Below, piece after piece: positions 21,036-29,815 of a DNA stretch of 58,870 nucleotides; the stretch's first letter is position 1, and every line of letters starts with the position of its first letter. A program made the position numbers and the translations under genes. The DNA lies in contig CAVISR010000001.1 in assembly GCA_963645405.1 (NCBI GenBank), positions 1-58,870 on the forward strand. The letters run 5' to 3'. Below the pieces are notes generated by a model. That model did not search any database, had not been told where the DNA came from, and worked only from the letters and a program-made list of their open reading frames with translations. Source of the stretch: Acutalibacteraceae bacterium (lineage in GTDB: Bacteria > Bacteroidota > Bacteroidia > Bacteroidales > Bacteroidaceae).

Positions 21036-21152
21036 ATGAAAACAAAAGCATCTTTAAAGAAACGTACTCCTGATTGTGTCATCGTAAGACGTAAGGGTCG
21101 TCTGTTTGTAATAAATAAGAAGAACCCTAAGTACAAGATGCGTCAGGGATAA
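21036..21152 (+). CDS. rpmJ: 50S ribosomal protein L36 (single Cys, non-zinc-ribbon form)
   Basis: Translated by hand (38 aa): [38 protein letters not shown]. It lies between infA and rpsM. Confidence 0.92.
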   Translation: MKTKASLKKRTPDCVIVRRKGRLFVINKKNPKYKMRQG

Positions 21153-21186
21153 TTCAAGCCAAGTAGATAATAAATAGATTTAAGAT

Positions 21187-21567
21187 ATGGCAATAAGAAT
21201 TGTTGGTGTAGACCTCCCACAGAATAAGAGAGGCGAGATAGCGTTGACATACATTTTTGGTATAGGACGCAGTAGTTCAGCTAAGATATTGGAGAAGGCT
21301 GGAGTAGACAAGGATTTGAAAGTAAAGGACTGGACAGATGACCAGGCTGCCAAAATCCGTGAGATTATAGGCGCAGAGTTTAAGGTAGAGGGTGATTTGC
21401 GTTCAGAAATCCAGCTTAACATCAAGCGATTGATGGATATCGGATGCTATCGTGGAATCCGCCATCGTATTGGTCTTCCTGTACGTGGTCAGAGTACAAA
21501 GAACAATGCACGTACTCGTAAGGGAAAGAAGAAGACAGTTGCAAACAAGAAGAAAGCTACTAAATAA
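21187..21567 (+). CDS. rpsM: 30S ribosomal protein S13
   Basis: 126 aa, [15 protein letters not shown]... Confidence 0.98.
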   Translation: MAIRIVGVDLPQNKRGEIALTYIFGIGRSSSAKILEKAGVDKDLKVKDWTDDQAAKIREIIGAEFKVEGDLRSEIQLNIKRLMDIGCYRGIRHRIGLPVRGQSTKNNARTRKGKKKTVANKKKATK

Positions 21568-21576
21568 TAATCAGAT

Positions 21577-21966
21577 ATGGCAAAGAAAACAACTACTGCT
21601 AGAAAGAGAAATGTCAAGGTTGGTGCTCAGGGACAGCTTCATGTTCACTCATCATTCAATAACATCATTGTTACTTTGGCAAACAGTGAAGGTCAGGTCA
21701 TCTCATGGTCTTCAGCAGGAAAAATGGGATTCAGAGGCTCAAAGAAGAACACGCCATATGCTGCTCAGATGGCAGCACAGGATTGTGCAAAAGTTGCGTA
21801 TGATCTCGGTCTGAGAAAAGTAACCGCTTATGTGAAAGGACCGGGCAATGGTCGTGAATCAGCTATCCGTGGTTGCTATGGTGCTGGAATTGAAGTGGTA
21901 GAAATCATCGATGTTACTCCACTTCCACACAATGGTTGTCGTCCTCCAAAAAGGAGAAGAGTTTAA
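21577..21966 (+). CDS. rpsK: 30S ribosomal protein S11
   Basis: 129 aa, ...[16 protein letters not shown]. Confidence 0.98.
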   Translation: MAKKTTTARKRNVKVGAQGQLHVHSSFNNIIVTLANSEGQVISWSSAGKMGFRGSKKNTPYAAQMAAQDCAKVAYDLGLRKVTAYVKGPGNGRESAIRGCYGAGIEVVEIIDVTPLPHNGCRPPKRRRV

Positions 21967-22062
21967 TGAGTAAATAACTGCATGACGGAGTGTATTAAGG
22001 TGACATCTTTCCTTTCTGTCACTGCTGCTGCACACAATGTCAATGCGTAAATCAGATTTAAT

Positions 22063-22668
22063 ATGGCAAGATATATTGGCCCTAAATCAAGAATCTCTCG
22101 TCGTTTCGGAGAGGCAATTTTTGGACCTGACAAAGTTCTTTCAAAGAGGAATTATCCTGCAGGTCAGCATGGTAACAATCGTCGCAAGAAGTCTTCAGAA
22201 TATGGACTCATGCTTGCTGAAAAGCAGAAAGCAAAGTACACTTATGGAGTTCTTGAGCGTCAGTTCCGTAATTTGTTCGAGAAGGCAGCTTCTGCAAGCG
22301 GTGTGACTGGTGAAGTCCTCCTTCAGCTTCTTGAAGCTCGTCTTGATAATGTGGTATACCGTTTGGGTATAGCTCCTACTCGTGCAGCTGCTCGCCAGCT
22401 TGTAAGCCACAAGCACATTACTGTAGATGGTGCTGTTGTCAACATCCCATCTTATTCAGTTAAGCCTGGACAACTGGTAGCAGTTCGTGAAAAATCAAAG
22501 TCTCTCGAGGTTATCGCTGCTTCATTGGCAGGCTTCAACCATAGCAAGTATCCTTGGACCGAATGGGATGAGGAAGCTAAAGGCGGTAAGCTTTTGCACT
22601 TGCCAGAACGTGCAGATATTCCAGAGAACATTAAGGAGCAGATGATAGTCGAGTTATACTCTAAATAA
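22063..22668 (+). CDS. rpsD: 30S ribosomal protein S4
   Basis: 201 aa, [17 protein letters not shown]... Confidence 0.98.
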   Translation: MARYIGPKSRISRRFGEAIFGPDKVLSKRNYPAGQHGNNRRKKSSEYGLMLAEKQKAKYTYGVLERQFRNLFEKAASASGVTGEVLLQLLEARLDNVVYRLGIAPTRAAARQLVSHKHITVDGAVVNIPSYSVKPGQLVAVREKSKSLEVIAASLAGFNHSKYPWTEWDEEAKGGKLLHLPERADIPENIKEQMIVELYSK

Positions 22669-22678
22669 TAAATAAACA

Positions 22679-23671
22679 ATGGCGGTATTAGCATTTCAAA
22701 AACCAGAAAAAGTAATAATGTTGGAAGCGGACGACAGGTTCGGAAAGTTTGAGTTCCGTCCTCTGGAGTCAGGTTTCGGAATTACCATAGGTAACTCCCT
22801 TCGTCGTATACTTCTCTCTTCATTGGAGGGTTTTGCGATCAATACAATTCGCATAGCCGGTGTTGAACATGAGTTCTCCACTGTTCCGGGGGTGAAGGAA
22901 GACGTAACCAACATTATCTTGAATCTCAAGCAAGTGAGATTTAAGCAACTAGTCGATGATGTGGAGACTGAAAGGGTTTCTATTTCAATCGCAAATTCCA
23001 CTGAGTTTAAGGCCGGGGATATAAGCAAATATCTGAATGGATTTGGAGTGTTAAATCCTGAATTGGTAATTTGTCATTTAGATTCTCAAGCAACACTGGA
23101 TATTGAATTGAATATCAACAAAGGTCGTGGTTATGTCTCTTCCGAAGAGAACCGGCAGTATTGCAGGGAAATCAACGAGCTCGCAATCGATTCAATATAT
23201 ACACCGATACGTAACGTGAAATTCTCTGTTGAACCTTATCGTGTGCAGCAGAAGACCGACTACGACAAGTTGATCCTCGAAATCACTACAGACGGATCCG
23301 TTCATCCGAAGGAAGCTTTGAAAGAAGCTGCAAAGATCTTGATTTACCACTTCATGCTCTTCTCCGACGAGAAGATTACATTGGACAACAATGACATGGA
23401 TGGTGCAGAAGAGTTCGATGAAGAGGTTTTGCGTATGCGTCAGTTGCTTAAGACTAAACTCACTGATATGAATCTTTCTGTTCGCGCCCTTAACTGTTTG
23501 AAGGCCGCAGAGGTGGAAACTTTAGGTGATTTGGTGAAATACCAAAAGAACGATTTGCTGAAGTTCCGTAATTTCGGTAAGAAGTCTCTGACCGAACTTG
23601 ATGACTTGCTCGACCAGTACGGCTTGTCATTTGGAACTGACACTTCTAAGTATAAATTGGATAAAGATTAA
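22679..23671 (+). CDS. rpoA: DNA-directed RNA polymerase alpha subunit
   Basis: 330 aa, with the alpha-CTD motif [20 protein letters not shown]. Confidence 0.98.
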   Translation: MAVLAFQKPEKVIMLEADDRFGKFEFRPLESGFGITIGNSLRRILLSSLEGFAINTIRIAGVEHEFSTVPGVKEDVTNIILNLKQVRFKQLVDDVETERVSISIANSTEFKAGDISKYLNGFGVLNPELVICHLDSQATLDIELNINKGRGYVSSEENRQYCREINELAIDSIYTPIRNVKFSVEPYRVQQKTDYDKLILEITTDGSVHPKEALKEAAKILIYHFMLFSDEKITLDNNDMDGAEEFDEEVLRMRQLLKTKLTDMNLSVRALNCLKAAEVETLGDLVKYQKNDLLKFRNFGKKSLTELDDLLDQYGLSFGTDTSKYKLDKD

Positions 23672-23677
23672 TCAACG

Positions 23678-24187
23678 ATGAGACACAATAAGAAATTTAA
23701 TCATCTGAGTCGTAAGTCTGCACACAGAGCTGCAATGTTGTCTAATATGGCAACCTCTTTGATTCTTCACAAGAGAATTACTACGACTCTTCAGAAAGCG
23801 AAAGCTCTTCGTGTATATGTAGAGCCACTGATTACAAAGTCAAAGGAAGATACAACTGCTTCACGCCGTGTTGTATTCAGCTACTTGCAGAACAAGTATG
23901 CAATTACTGAACTGTTCGGTACTGTTGCAACAAAGATTGGTAACCGTCCGGGTGGATACACTCGTATCATCAAGCTTGGAAAGCGCCCTTCTGATGATGC
24001 AGATATGGCTTTCATTGAGTTGGTGGACTTCGACGAGAACATGGCAAAGGGCGAGAAGAAGACAACTCGTACACGCCGTTCCAAGAAATCTGCAGCTAAG
24101 ACTGAAGCTCCTGCTGCAGAAGAAGCTCCTGCTACTGAAGCACCAGTTGCTGAGGCATCTGAAGCTGAAGAGAAGACTGCTGAATAA
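23678..24187 (+). CDS. rplQ: 50S ribosomal protein L17, with an Ala/Glu-rich C-terminal tail
   Basis: 169 aa, [21 protein letters not shown]... Confidence 0.97.
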   Translation: MRHNKKFNHLSRKSAHRAAMLSNMATSLILHKRITTTLQKAKALRVYVEPLITKSKEDTTASRRVVFSYLQNKYAITELFGTVATKIGNRPGGYTRIIKLGKRPSDDADMAFIELVDFDENMAKGEKKTTRTRRSKKSAAKTEAPAAEEAPATEAPVAEASEAEEKTAE

Positions 24188-24215
24188 ATCATTTGTTACA
24201 ATAACTCCATTAATG

Positions 24216-24246
24216 GCCGTATGTTCTTGCATACGGCTATTTTTTT
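24216..24246 (+). terminator. Rho-independent terminator ending the ribosomal superoperon
   Basis: GCCGTATG at 24216-24223 pairs with CATACGGC at 24230-24237 around a 6-nt loop. TATTTTTTT follows. Confidence 0.8.
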
Positions 24247-24329
24247 GCCTTATGCAGAGTCGGTCATAAGTCATGAGGGCTTTTCCGTAAACCGTTTGTT
24301 GTCGCGGGTTATGGTATACCGTGTCTCGT

Positions 24330-24620
24330 CATCAGATGAGCGTTTTTCCATCGCCCGACGAGCGTTTGTCCATCGCCCGACGAGCGTTTGTCCATCGCCC
24401 GACGAGCGTTTGTCCATTGCCCGACGAACGTTTGTCCATCGCCCGACGAGCGTATGGCTCATTGCCCGATGAGCGTATGGCTCATTGCCCGATGAGCGTA
24501 TGGCTCATTGCCCGATGAGCGTATGGCTCATTGCCCGATGAGCGTATGGCTCATTGCCCGATGAGCGTATGGCTCATTGCCCGATGAGCGTATGGCTCGT
24601 TGTCGATTGAGCGTATGGCT
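24330..24620. repeat. 13-unit head-to-tail tandem array made of two related units (22-mer CATCGCCCGACGAGCGTTTGTC and 23-mer CATTGCCCGATGAGCGTATGGCT)
   Basis: Four 22-mers span 24349-24436, a hybrid unit is at 24437-24459, and six identical 23-mers span 24460-24597. The end units at 24330-24348 and 24598-24620 are degenerate. Confidence 0.95.
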
Positions 24621-24748
24621 CTTCTCAAATCAATCCTTTGTGTTACTTTGCGGACCTACTTTCATGAACGAGTCTGACTGCAGATTGGAGGTCTTGATTT
24701 CGAATGTTCGGGGAAGTGGTTGATGAAATTGAAACTTCATCGTTGTTT

Positions 24749-24783
24749 CATCCGTAGGATGATGATGCTTCATCCGTAGGATG
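24749..24783. promoter_or_regulatory. Two copies of the palindrome CATCCGTAGGATG spaced 22 bp apart (operator-like)
   Basis: Copies at 24749-24761 and 24771-24783, about 170-200 bp upstream of the first gene of the SusC/SusD locus. Confidence 0.4.
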
Positions 24784-24834
24784 ACAATGCCGCGTTTGTT
24801 TGCCCCTAATACTGCAAATCCTACCCGTTTCCCC

Positions 24835-24877
24835 AAAAAATAGAGCCTTCAAGCGATTTTTTTGTTAAAAGGCTCTA
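24835..24877 (-). terminator. Hairpin with terminator geometry on the minus strand (orphan)
   Basis: TAGAGCCTT at 24841-24849 pairs with AAGGCTCTA at 24869-24877. The plus-strand A6 at 24835-24840 becomes a U tract after the hairpin on the minus strand. No minus-strand gene lies upstream. Confidence 0.3.
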
Positions 24878-24896
24878 CTGACAAGAAAAAAATAAC

Positions 24897-24904
24897 TATG
24901 TTTG
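24897..24904 (+). promoter_or_regulatory. Possible -7 box TATGTTTG for the SusC/SusD locus
   Basis: Matches TAnnTTTG, 52 nt upstream of the ATG at 24956. There is no properly spaced -33 TTTG. Confidence 0.35.
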
Positions 24905-24955
24905 TAATGTATTTGAAATACTCTCATATACCAATAACGTTATAACGAACGATTG

Positions 24956-27046
24956 ATGAAACTTGCAAGCAAAATATTAACACTTATGACCGCCGCCAGC
25001 GTGGTCCAACCTGCTATTGCACAAAATTGGTATAGGGTTAGTGTGAATCGTGAATCCGACTGCGACTATGAATGGAGCTTCCCTTATGCGGTAGACCAAT
25101 TCTCTTACTTCGATTTCTCTTCAAAAGACGGTGAGATTCGTGCTCATCGTGTTGATGAAGAGGAAGGTACTACTACTTATGTGCCTTTCTCTGTGGATTA
25201 TATTGACAGCATTACGTTTGTCAATGATTTGGCAGAGGAAGAGCAAACTCACAACAAGTATCAAGTCTATACACTCAACATCACTACCAATGGCTCGGTA
25301 GGCGTCACTTCCAAGGAAGATTACGTTGATTGCTATATATCCCTCGACGGAAAGGACGGCTACAACAGCTATTCTGGTTCAGGACGTATCCGTGGACGTG
25401 GTAACTCCACTTGGGCTTGGTATGACAAGAAACCTTATCGCATCAAGCTCGACAAGAAGAACAAGATGCTTGGTGTTGGCAAAAGCAAGGATTGGGTCCT
25501 TCTTGCAAACTATCGTGATGTTACAGACTTGATGAATGCGTTCATGTTTGAAACAGCTCGTTGGATGGGTATGGCTTATGTCAATCACACTCGCTTCGTC
25601 GAACTCTTCCTCGATGGTGACTACAAGGGCGTTTATCTGTTGACAGAACAGGTGGAGCAGGGTAAGAACCGCGTGGAAGTTGCTGATAACGGCGGTATCC
25701 TTCTTGCGATGGATTATGACGACGGACCGAATGGAGATACTCGTTCAGATGCCAGCTTCGCATCTTCAGTATTTGAGATGCCAATGTGTGTGAAGTATCC
25801 GAAGGATGCTACTTCAAGTCAGGTTGATTCAATCAAGGGACTTCTTGCTACACTGGAAACAACAATTGAGAATGCCGATTATGAAGCACTTGACGAGATA
25901 ATGGACATGAAGTCGTTCATGACAATGGCAATGCTTCAGGAGTATGCAGAGAATGTTGAGGTTTGTGCTCCTCGCAGCGTGTACATGTACAAGGATGCAG
26001 ACGGCAAATGGTTTATGGGACCTTTCTGGGACTGGGACGCAGGCTTTGATTTCGACTGGAGCGACATGACCACAGGACACACTTACTTCCAGAACTACAA
26101 GGAACTCGTTCTTGGAACAGACCCTGCCAATCGTGTCGGAATGTATGGTGCTACTCCACGTTTCTTCACTGACATGTTCAAGTCTGAAACATACACTCAG
26201 GCTTATCAGGATCTTTGGAACTCAGTCAAGGACTCGATCTTCACTCGCAACTGGGCAGAGATGGAGAAATACGTTGCTGAGTTGAACAAGGGTGCATACG
26301 ACCGTGACATCAAACGTTGGCCTTTGACAAATTCTTGGGGAGAGAAGTTCAGGGTGTCTGAAGAAATCTCAAAGATGAAGACTTGGCTTCAGAACCGTAC
26401 AGCTTATCTCGACAAGGTTATCAATGCATATTCAAAGAACGGGACATCAGAGTATACAGTTTCAGGCAATGTGATGACAATAAATGTTGAGCTTGATTAT
26501 GAAGCAGGCTATACGCAGAGTGTTGGCGTCGTAGTTGACCACGCTAAAATAGCAGAGATGCTTGGCATATCAGAAAGTGCACTGGCGTCATCAGCTGTCA
26601 AGTGCGTTCCTCTCAATGCAGATGGTTCTGTCGGACGTAATACTGCAGGCAAGACATACGGCGCTTGGTTCGGTAAAACCGGCAACACTGTAGATTGGGG
26701 CGATGGTCATGTCTACCTCGAATCAGATGCCATGTTCAACTTCTCTTGCGGATGTCATCCTTGGAATTGTAGTTATGGCGATACACATACTGTCAGGGTG
26801 CAGTATTCAATAAAAGTCAATGGAACGACAAAGACTGCAATTGTCAGGGTCAACTTTGGCATCAATACTGACCCGGAGGATGATGGAACAGATGTTTCAT
26901 GCAATTGTCGCCAATCAGATGCGAACGACTTCATCGGTATCGATGAAATCAAGTCAGGCAAGAGCGAGATTCGTGTAGACGATGAAATCGCGACACGGGC
27001 TTACAGCTTGAGTAACACGGAAATAATCAGAGAGAACAAAATATAA
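24956..27046 (+). CDS. Secreted CotH-family (atypical kinase fold) protein with an extra C-terminal domain of about 190 aa
   Basis: The ATG at 24956 begins MKLASKILTLMTAASVVQPAIAQ, a signal peptide. CotH-like motifs are present: GRIRGRGNSTWAWYDKKPYRIKLDKK, DWVLLANYRD, LFLDGDYKGVYLLTEQVE and FWDWDAGFDFDW. Confidence 0.75.
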   Translation: MKLASKILTLMTAASVVQPAIAQNWYRVSVNRESDCDYEWSFPYAVDQFSYFDFSSKDGEIRAHRVDEEEGTTTYVPFSVDYIDSITFVNDLAEEEQTHNKYQVYTLNITTNGSVGVTSKEDYVDCYISLDGKDGYNSYSGSGRIRGRGNSTWAWYDKKPYRIKLDKKNKMLGVGKSKDWVLLANYRDVTDLMNAFMFETARWMGMAYVNHTRFVELFLDGDYKGVYLLTEQVEQGKNRVEVADNGGILLAMDYDDGPNGDTRSDASFASSVFEMPMCVKYPKDATSSQVDSIKGLLATLETTIENADYEALDEIMDMKSFMTMAMLQEYAENVEVCAPRSVYMYKDADGKWFMGPFWDWDAGFDFDWSDMTTGHTYFQNYKELVLGTDPANRVGMYGATPRFFTDMFKSETYTQAYQDLWNSVKDSIFTRNWAEMEKYVAELNKGAYDRDIKRWPLTNSWGEKFRVSEEISKMKTWLQNRTAYLDKVINAYSKNGTSEYTVSGNVMTINVELDYEAGYTQSVGVVVDHAKIAEMLGISESALASSAVKCVPLNADGSVGRNTAGKTYGAWFGKTGNTVDWGDGHVYLESDAMFNFSCGCHPWNCSYGDTHTVRVQYSIKVNGTTKTAIVRVNFGINTDPEDDGTDVSCNCRQSDANDFIGIDEIKSGKSEIRVDDEIATRAYSLSNTEIIRENKI

Positions 27047-27062
27047 ATATTCAAATTAATTA

Positions 27063-29813
27063 ATGATTCAAAAAATTATGTTGTTAAACTTTCAGAGTAA
27101 CAAATTATGCAGACATCTCCTGATGGGAGGTGCTCTGTATGCTGCCGCTCTAGGTTTCAATGCATGTACGCCGGATTATAATCTGGATGAAGATCAGCCT
27201 ACAGGGTTGAACACCATCTACGGTTATATGGCTGATGCAGGAAACTATAAGAATTTCTTGCAGCTAATTGACGACCTGGGCGAGACTGAGACATTGTCGA
27301 AGACAGGTAGTAAGACTCTGTTCATTGCAGACGATGATGCTTTCGCAGAATTCTATGCAAACAATGAATGGGGCGTTAAGAGTTATGATCAGTTGTCAGA
27401 AGCACAGAAGAAGGTAATTCTTCGTTCTGCAATGATTGACAACCCTTATTCAATCAGCTTGATGTCAAGTGTCAAGGGACCTATTGAAGGTGAGTGTATG
27501 CGTCGTACTGCTTCACTTCAGGTGTATGACACAGTGTCAGTAATCCCAATGAACTCTCCTGAGATTCCAAACACATCTTACTGGAAAGTTCTTGCACAGA
27601 CACACGACACTATCTACATGGTTAAGGATGCTTCCGGTGCAGCACCTATGATTCATTTCCTTCCTCGTTTCTTGGAACAGAACATGATTATAGGTACTGA
27701 TGTTGACTTCCTTTACAATGATCCAGCAGGAACACATGTATCTGATGATGCTTATGTCAACAGCTGTAAGGTCGTAGAAGCAAACATCTTCTGTAAGAAC
27801 GGATTCTTGCACAAGGTAAATAAGGTTATGCTTCCTCTCGACAACATGGCAGAAATCATTCGCAAGCAACCTAATGCCACTCAGTACAGTGCTTTGGTTG
27901 AGCGTTTTGCTGCTCCAATCAGTTCTGGTATCACAAACACATTCAATCAAATCAATAACTTGGATGTTGATACCGTTTACCAGAAATCTTATTTCGCTAC
28001 ACGTGGTAGCGCTAGCTCTGGTATTACTTCAACTGAACGTAGTACAGACAAGGACGGTAATTCCATTGAGGCACTTCTTAAGTACGATCCAGGATGGAAC
28101 CGTTACTGCCCGGGAAGTATCAGCGACAATGCCCGTGATGAAGTGATGGAGGATATGGGTTGTATGCTTGTTCCTACCGACGCAGCACTTCAGAACTGGT
28201 GGGACAATGAAGGCGGTAAGGTTCTTAAAGACAACTATGGTACATGGGAGAATGTTCCTAACAAGGTTGTCAGAGAGCTTATCAAGAACAACCAGCTTGT
28301 GTCATTCGTTTCTTCTGTTCCTTCAAAGTTCAACACCATTCTCAATGATGCTGCAATGGAAATGGGAATTGAGACAACTGACGTAGACAGCGTCATCCTT
28401 GGATGTAACGGTGCCGTCTACCTTACTAATAAGGTGTTCGCTCCTACAAGCTATTCTTCAGTTCTCTTCCCTGCATTGGTTACAGAGGCAATGAGCGTAA
28501 TCTACAATGCAATCAGCGTTCTGCAGTTCGATGCATATCTGAACTCAATGGTATCAACTTATAGTTTCTTCATTCCATTGAATGATGGTCTGCTCACATA
28601 TATTGATCCAGTTTCTCTCGGACAGAACGAAACTCACATGTGGAAATTCCGTTATGACCCAGAGGGCGCTAATCAGTATGCACGTATCAGAGCTTCTGTC
28701 TTTAAGGCAACAAAAGCTGAAGACGGAACTTGGGTTCAGGGCGACTCCCTTAAAGTAATCGTTGGTTCATCCAAGACCGACCAGGTTTACGACCGACTTG
28801 AGGATATCCTTGACAACATCATCGTAATCGGTGCTATCGAGCAAGGCCAGTCTTATTACAAGACCAAAGGTAACAACTTCGTAAAGGTTGGCGGACAGGT
28901 TAATGTTGTCGGTTCTATGACAGCAGCCGGTGGATGGCAAATCGACAATGATGCTCCACTGCCAGTTCAGCAGATATATGATATGGAGAATGGTAAGTCT
29001 TATGTTGTTGAGTCTCCGCTTTACACAAGCCACAATGCTTGTAGCGATGTCCTCAGCTCAAACGATGACTTCTCGGAATTCTATTCTATACTTGTAGCTT
29101 GCGGCGCTTTGTCAACAAGTACAAGCTCAAAGATCAACTGGTCATCAGTATCAAAGAAAGGTAACTTGATTTACATCCCTGAAAATTCAAGCGAGAGTGT
29201 CAACTACCTTTTGAACACTTATCATTACACCATCTACGCACCTACAAACGAGGCAATGGAAGAAGCATATGCAATGGGACTTCCAACTATTGAGATGCTT
29301 GATGAGGCAATGGCAATTGACAACGATGACTCAACTGAGATCTATAAGGAAATCGAAGACTCAGCTGCACACCTCAGAAAGGTTATGCTTGACTTTATCA
29401 AATATCATATCCAGGATAACTCAATCTACATTGATAATGGCTATGAGTCTGGAAACTATGAAACTGCCAAGACAAATACAAACACAGGCCGTTCATTCAA
29501 AATCACAGTTGAGGTTGATGCAAACGACATGTATGTCTCAGGTGTATGTTCAGAACGCCAGAAGATAAACAAGGACAAGATGTACAATGTGACAGCCCGT
29601 GAATTCTGGCTTAACAACTACAAGGCAGAAAGTGCTACATTGATTGAAACTTCTTCAAGTGTTGTACTTCATGCAGTTGATCACCCACTCTTGTACAAGT
29701 ATAAGTCAGGTCCTGGTGTCGATATGTCCTTGCCTGAAAATAACCAGTTCATCTATTCTCCTAATGATGTATATACGGAAGAGGAAGAAGAGGCAGTAAA
29801 AACGCGTAAATAA
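27063..29813 (+). CDS. Large lipoprotein with multiple fasciclin (FAS1)-like domains
   Basis: 916 aa with a lipobox (LGFNAC). FAS1 H1-type motifs are TLFIADDDAF, MLVPTDAALQNWW, YSFFIPLNDGL and YTIYAPTNEAM. The exact start (ATG at 27063 or a downstream Met) is uncertain. Confidence 0.75.
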   Translation: MIQKIMLLNFQSNKLCRHLLMGGALYAAALGFNACTPDYNLDEDQPTGLNTIYGYMADAGNYKNFLQLIDDLGETETLSKTGSKTLFIADDDAFAEFYANNEWGVKSYDQLSEAQKKVILRSAMIDNPYSISLMSSVKGPIEGECMRRTASLQVYDTVSVIPMNSPEIPNTSYWKVLAQTHDTIYMVKDASGAAPMIHFLPRFLEQNMIIGTDVDFLYNDPAGTHVSDDAYVNSCKVVEANIFCKNGFLHKVNKVMLPLDNMAEIIRKQPNATQYSALVERFAAPISSGITNTFNQINNLDVDTVYQKSYFATRGSASSGITSTERSTDKDGNSIEALLKYDPGWNRYCPGSISDNARDEVMEDMGCMLVPTDAALQNWWDNEGGKVLKDNYGTWENVPNKVVRELIKNNQLVSFVSSVPSKFNTILNDAAMEMGIETTDVDSVILGCNGAVYLTNKVFAPTSYSSVLFPALVTEAMSVIYNAISVLQFDAYLNSMVSTYSFFIPLNDGLLTYIDPVSLGQNETHMWKFRYDPEGANQYARIRASVFKATKAEDGTWVQGDSLKVIVGSSKTDQVYDRLEDILDNIIVIGAIEQGQSYYKTKGNNFVKVGGQVNVVGSMTAAGGWQIDNDAPLPVQQIYDMENGKSYVVESPLYTSHNACSDVLSSNDDFSEFYSILVACGALSTSTSSKINWSSVSKKGNLIYIPENSSESVNYLLNTYHYTIYAPTNEAMEEAYAMGLPTIEMLDEAMAIDNDDSTEIYKEIEDSAAHLRKVMLDFIKYHIQDNSIYIDNGYESGNYETAKTNTNTGRSFKITVEVDANDMYVSGVCSERQKINKDKMYNVTAREFWLNNYKAESATLIETSSSVVLHAVDHPLLYKYKSGPGVDMSLPENNQFIYSPNDVYTEEEEEAVKTRK

Positions 29814-29815
29814 AA

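Noticed and set aside
15752-21152. S14 (99 aa) and L36 (one Cys only) lack zinc-ribbon Cys motifs, raising the question of zinc-sparing paralogues
   Set aside because: They sit at the canonical positions in the spc operon as the only copies visible. Non-zinc (C-minus) forms are, as far as I recall, the normal state in many lineages, so this is probably lineage-typical rather than a regulatory paralogue.
24221-24518. ORFs of 63-83 aa (24221-24472, 24321-24518, and 24271-24462 on the minus strand) with repetitive peptide sequence
   Set aside because: They are open only because the frame runs through the tandem repeat. They start inside or just after the rplQ terminator, have no sensible start context, and have low-complexity composition.
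24330-24620. Possible CRISPR array, given regularly repeated 22-23-bp units
   Set aside because: The units abut each other directly with no unique spacers. The period is shorter than any CRISPR repeat plus spacer, and no cas genes are nearby. This is a plain tandem repeat.
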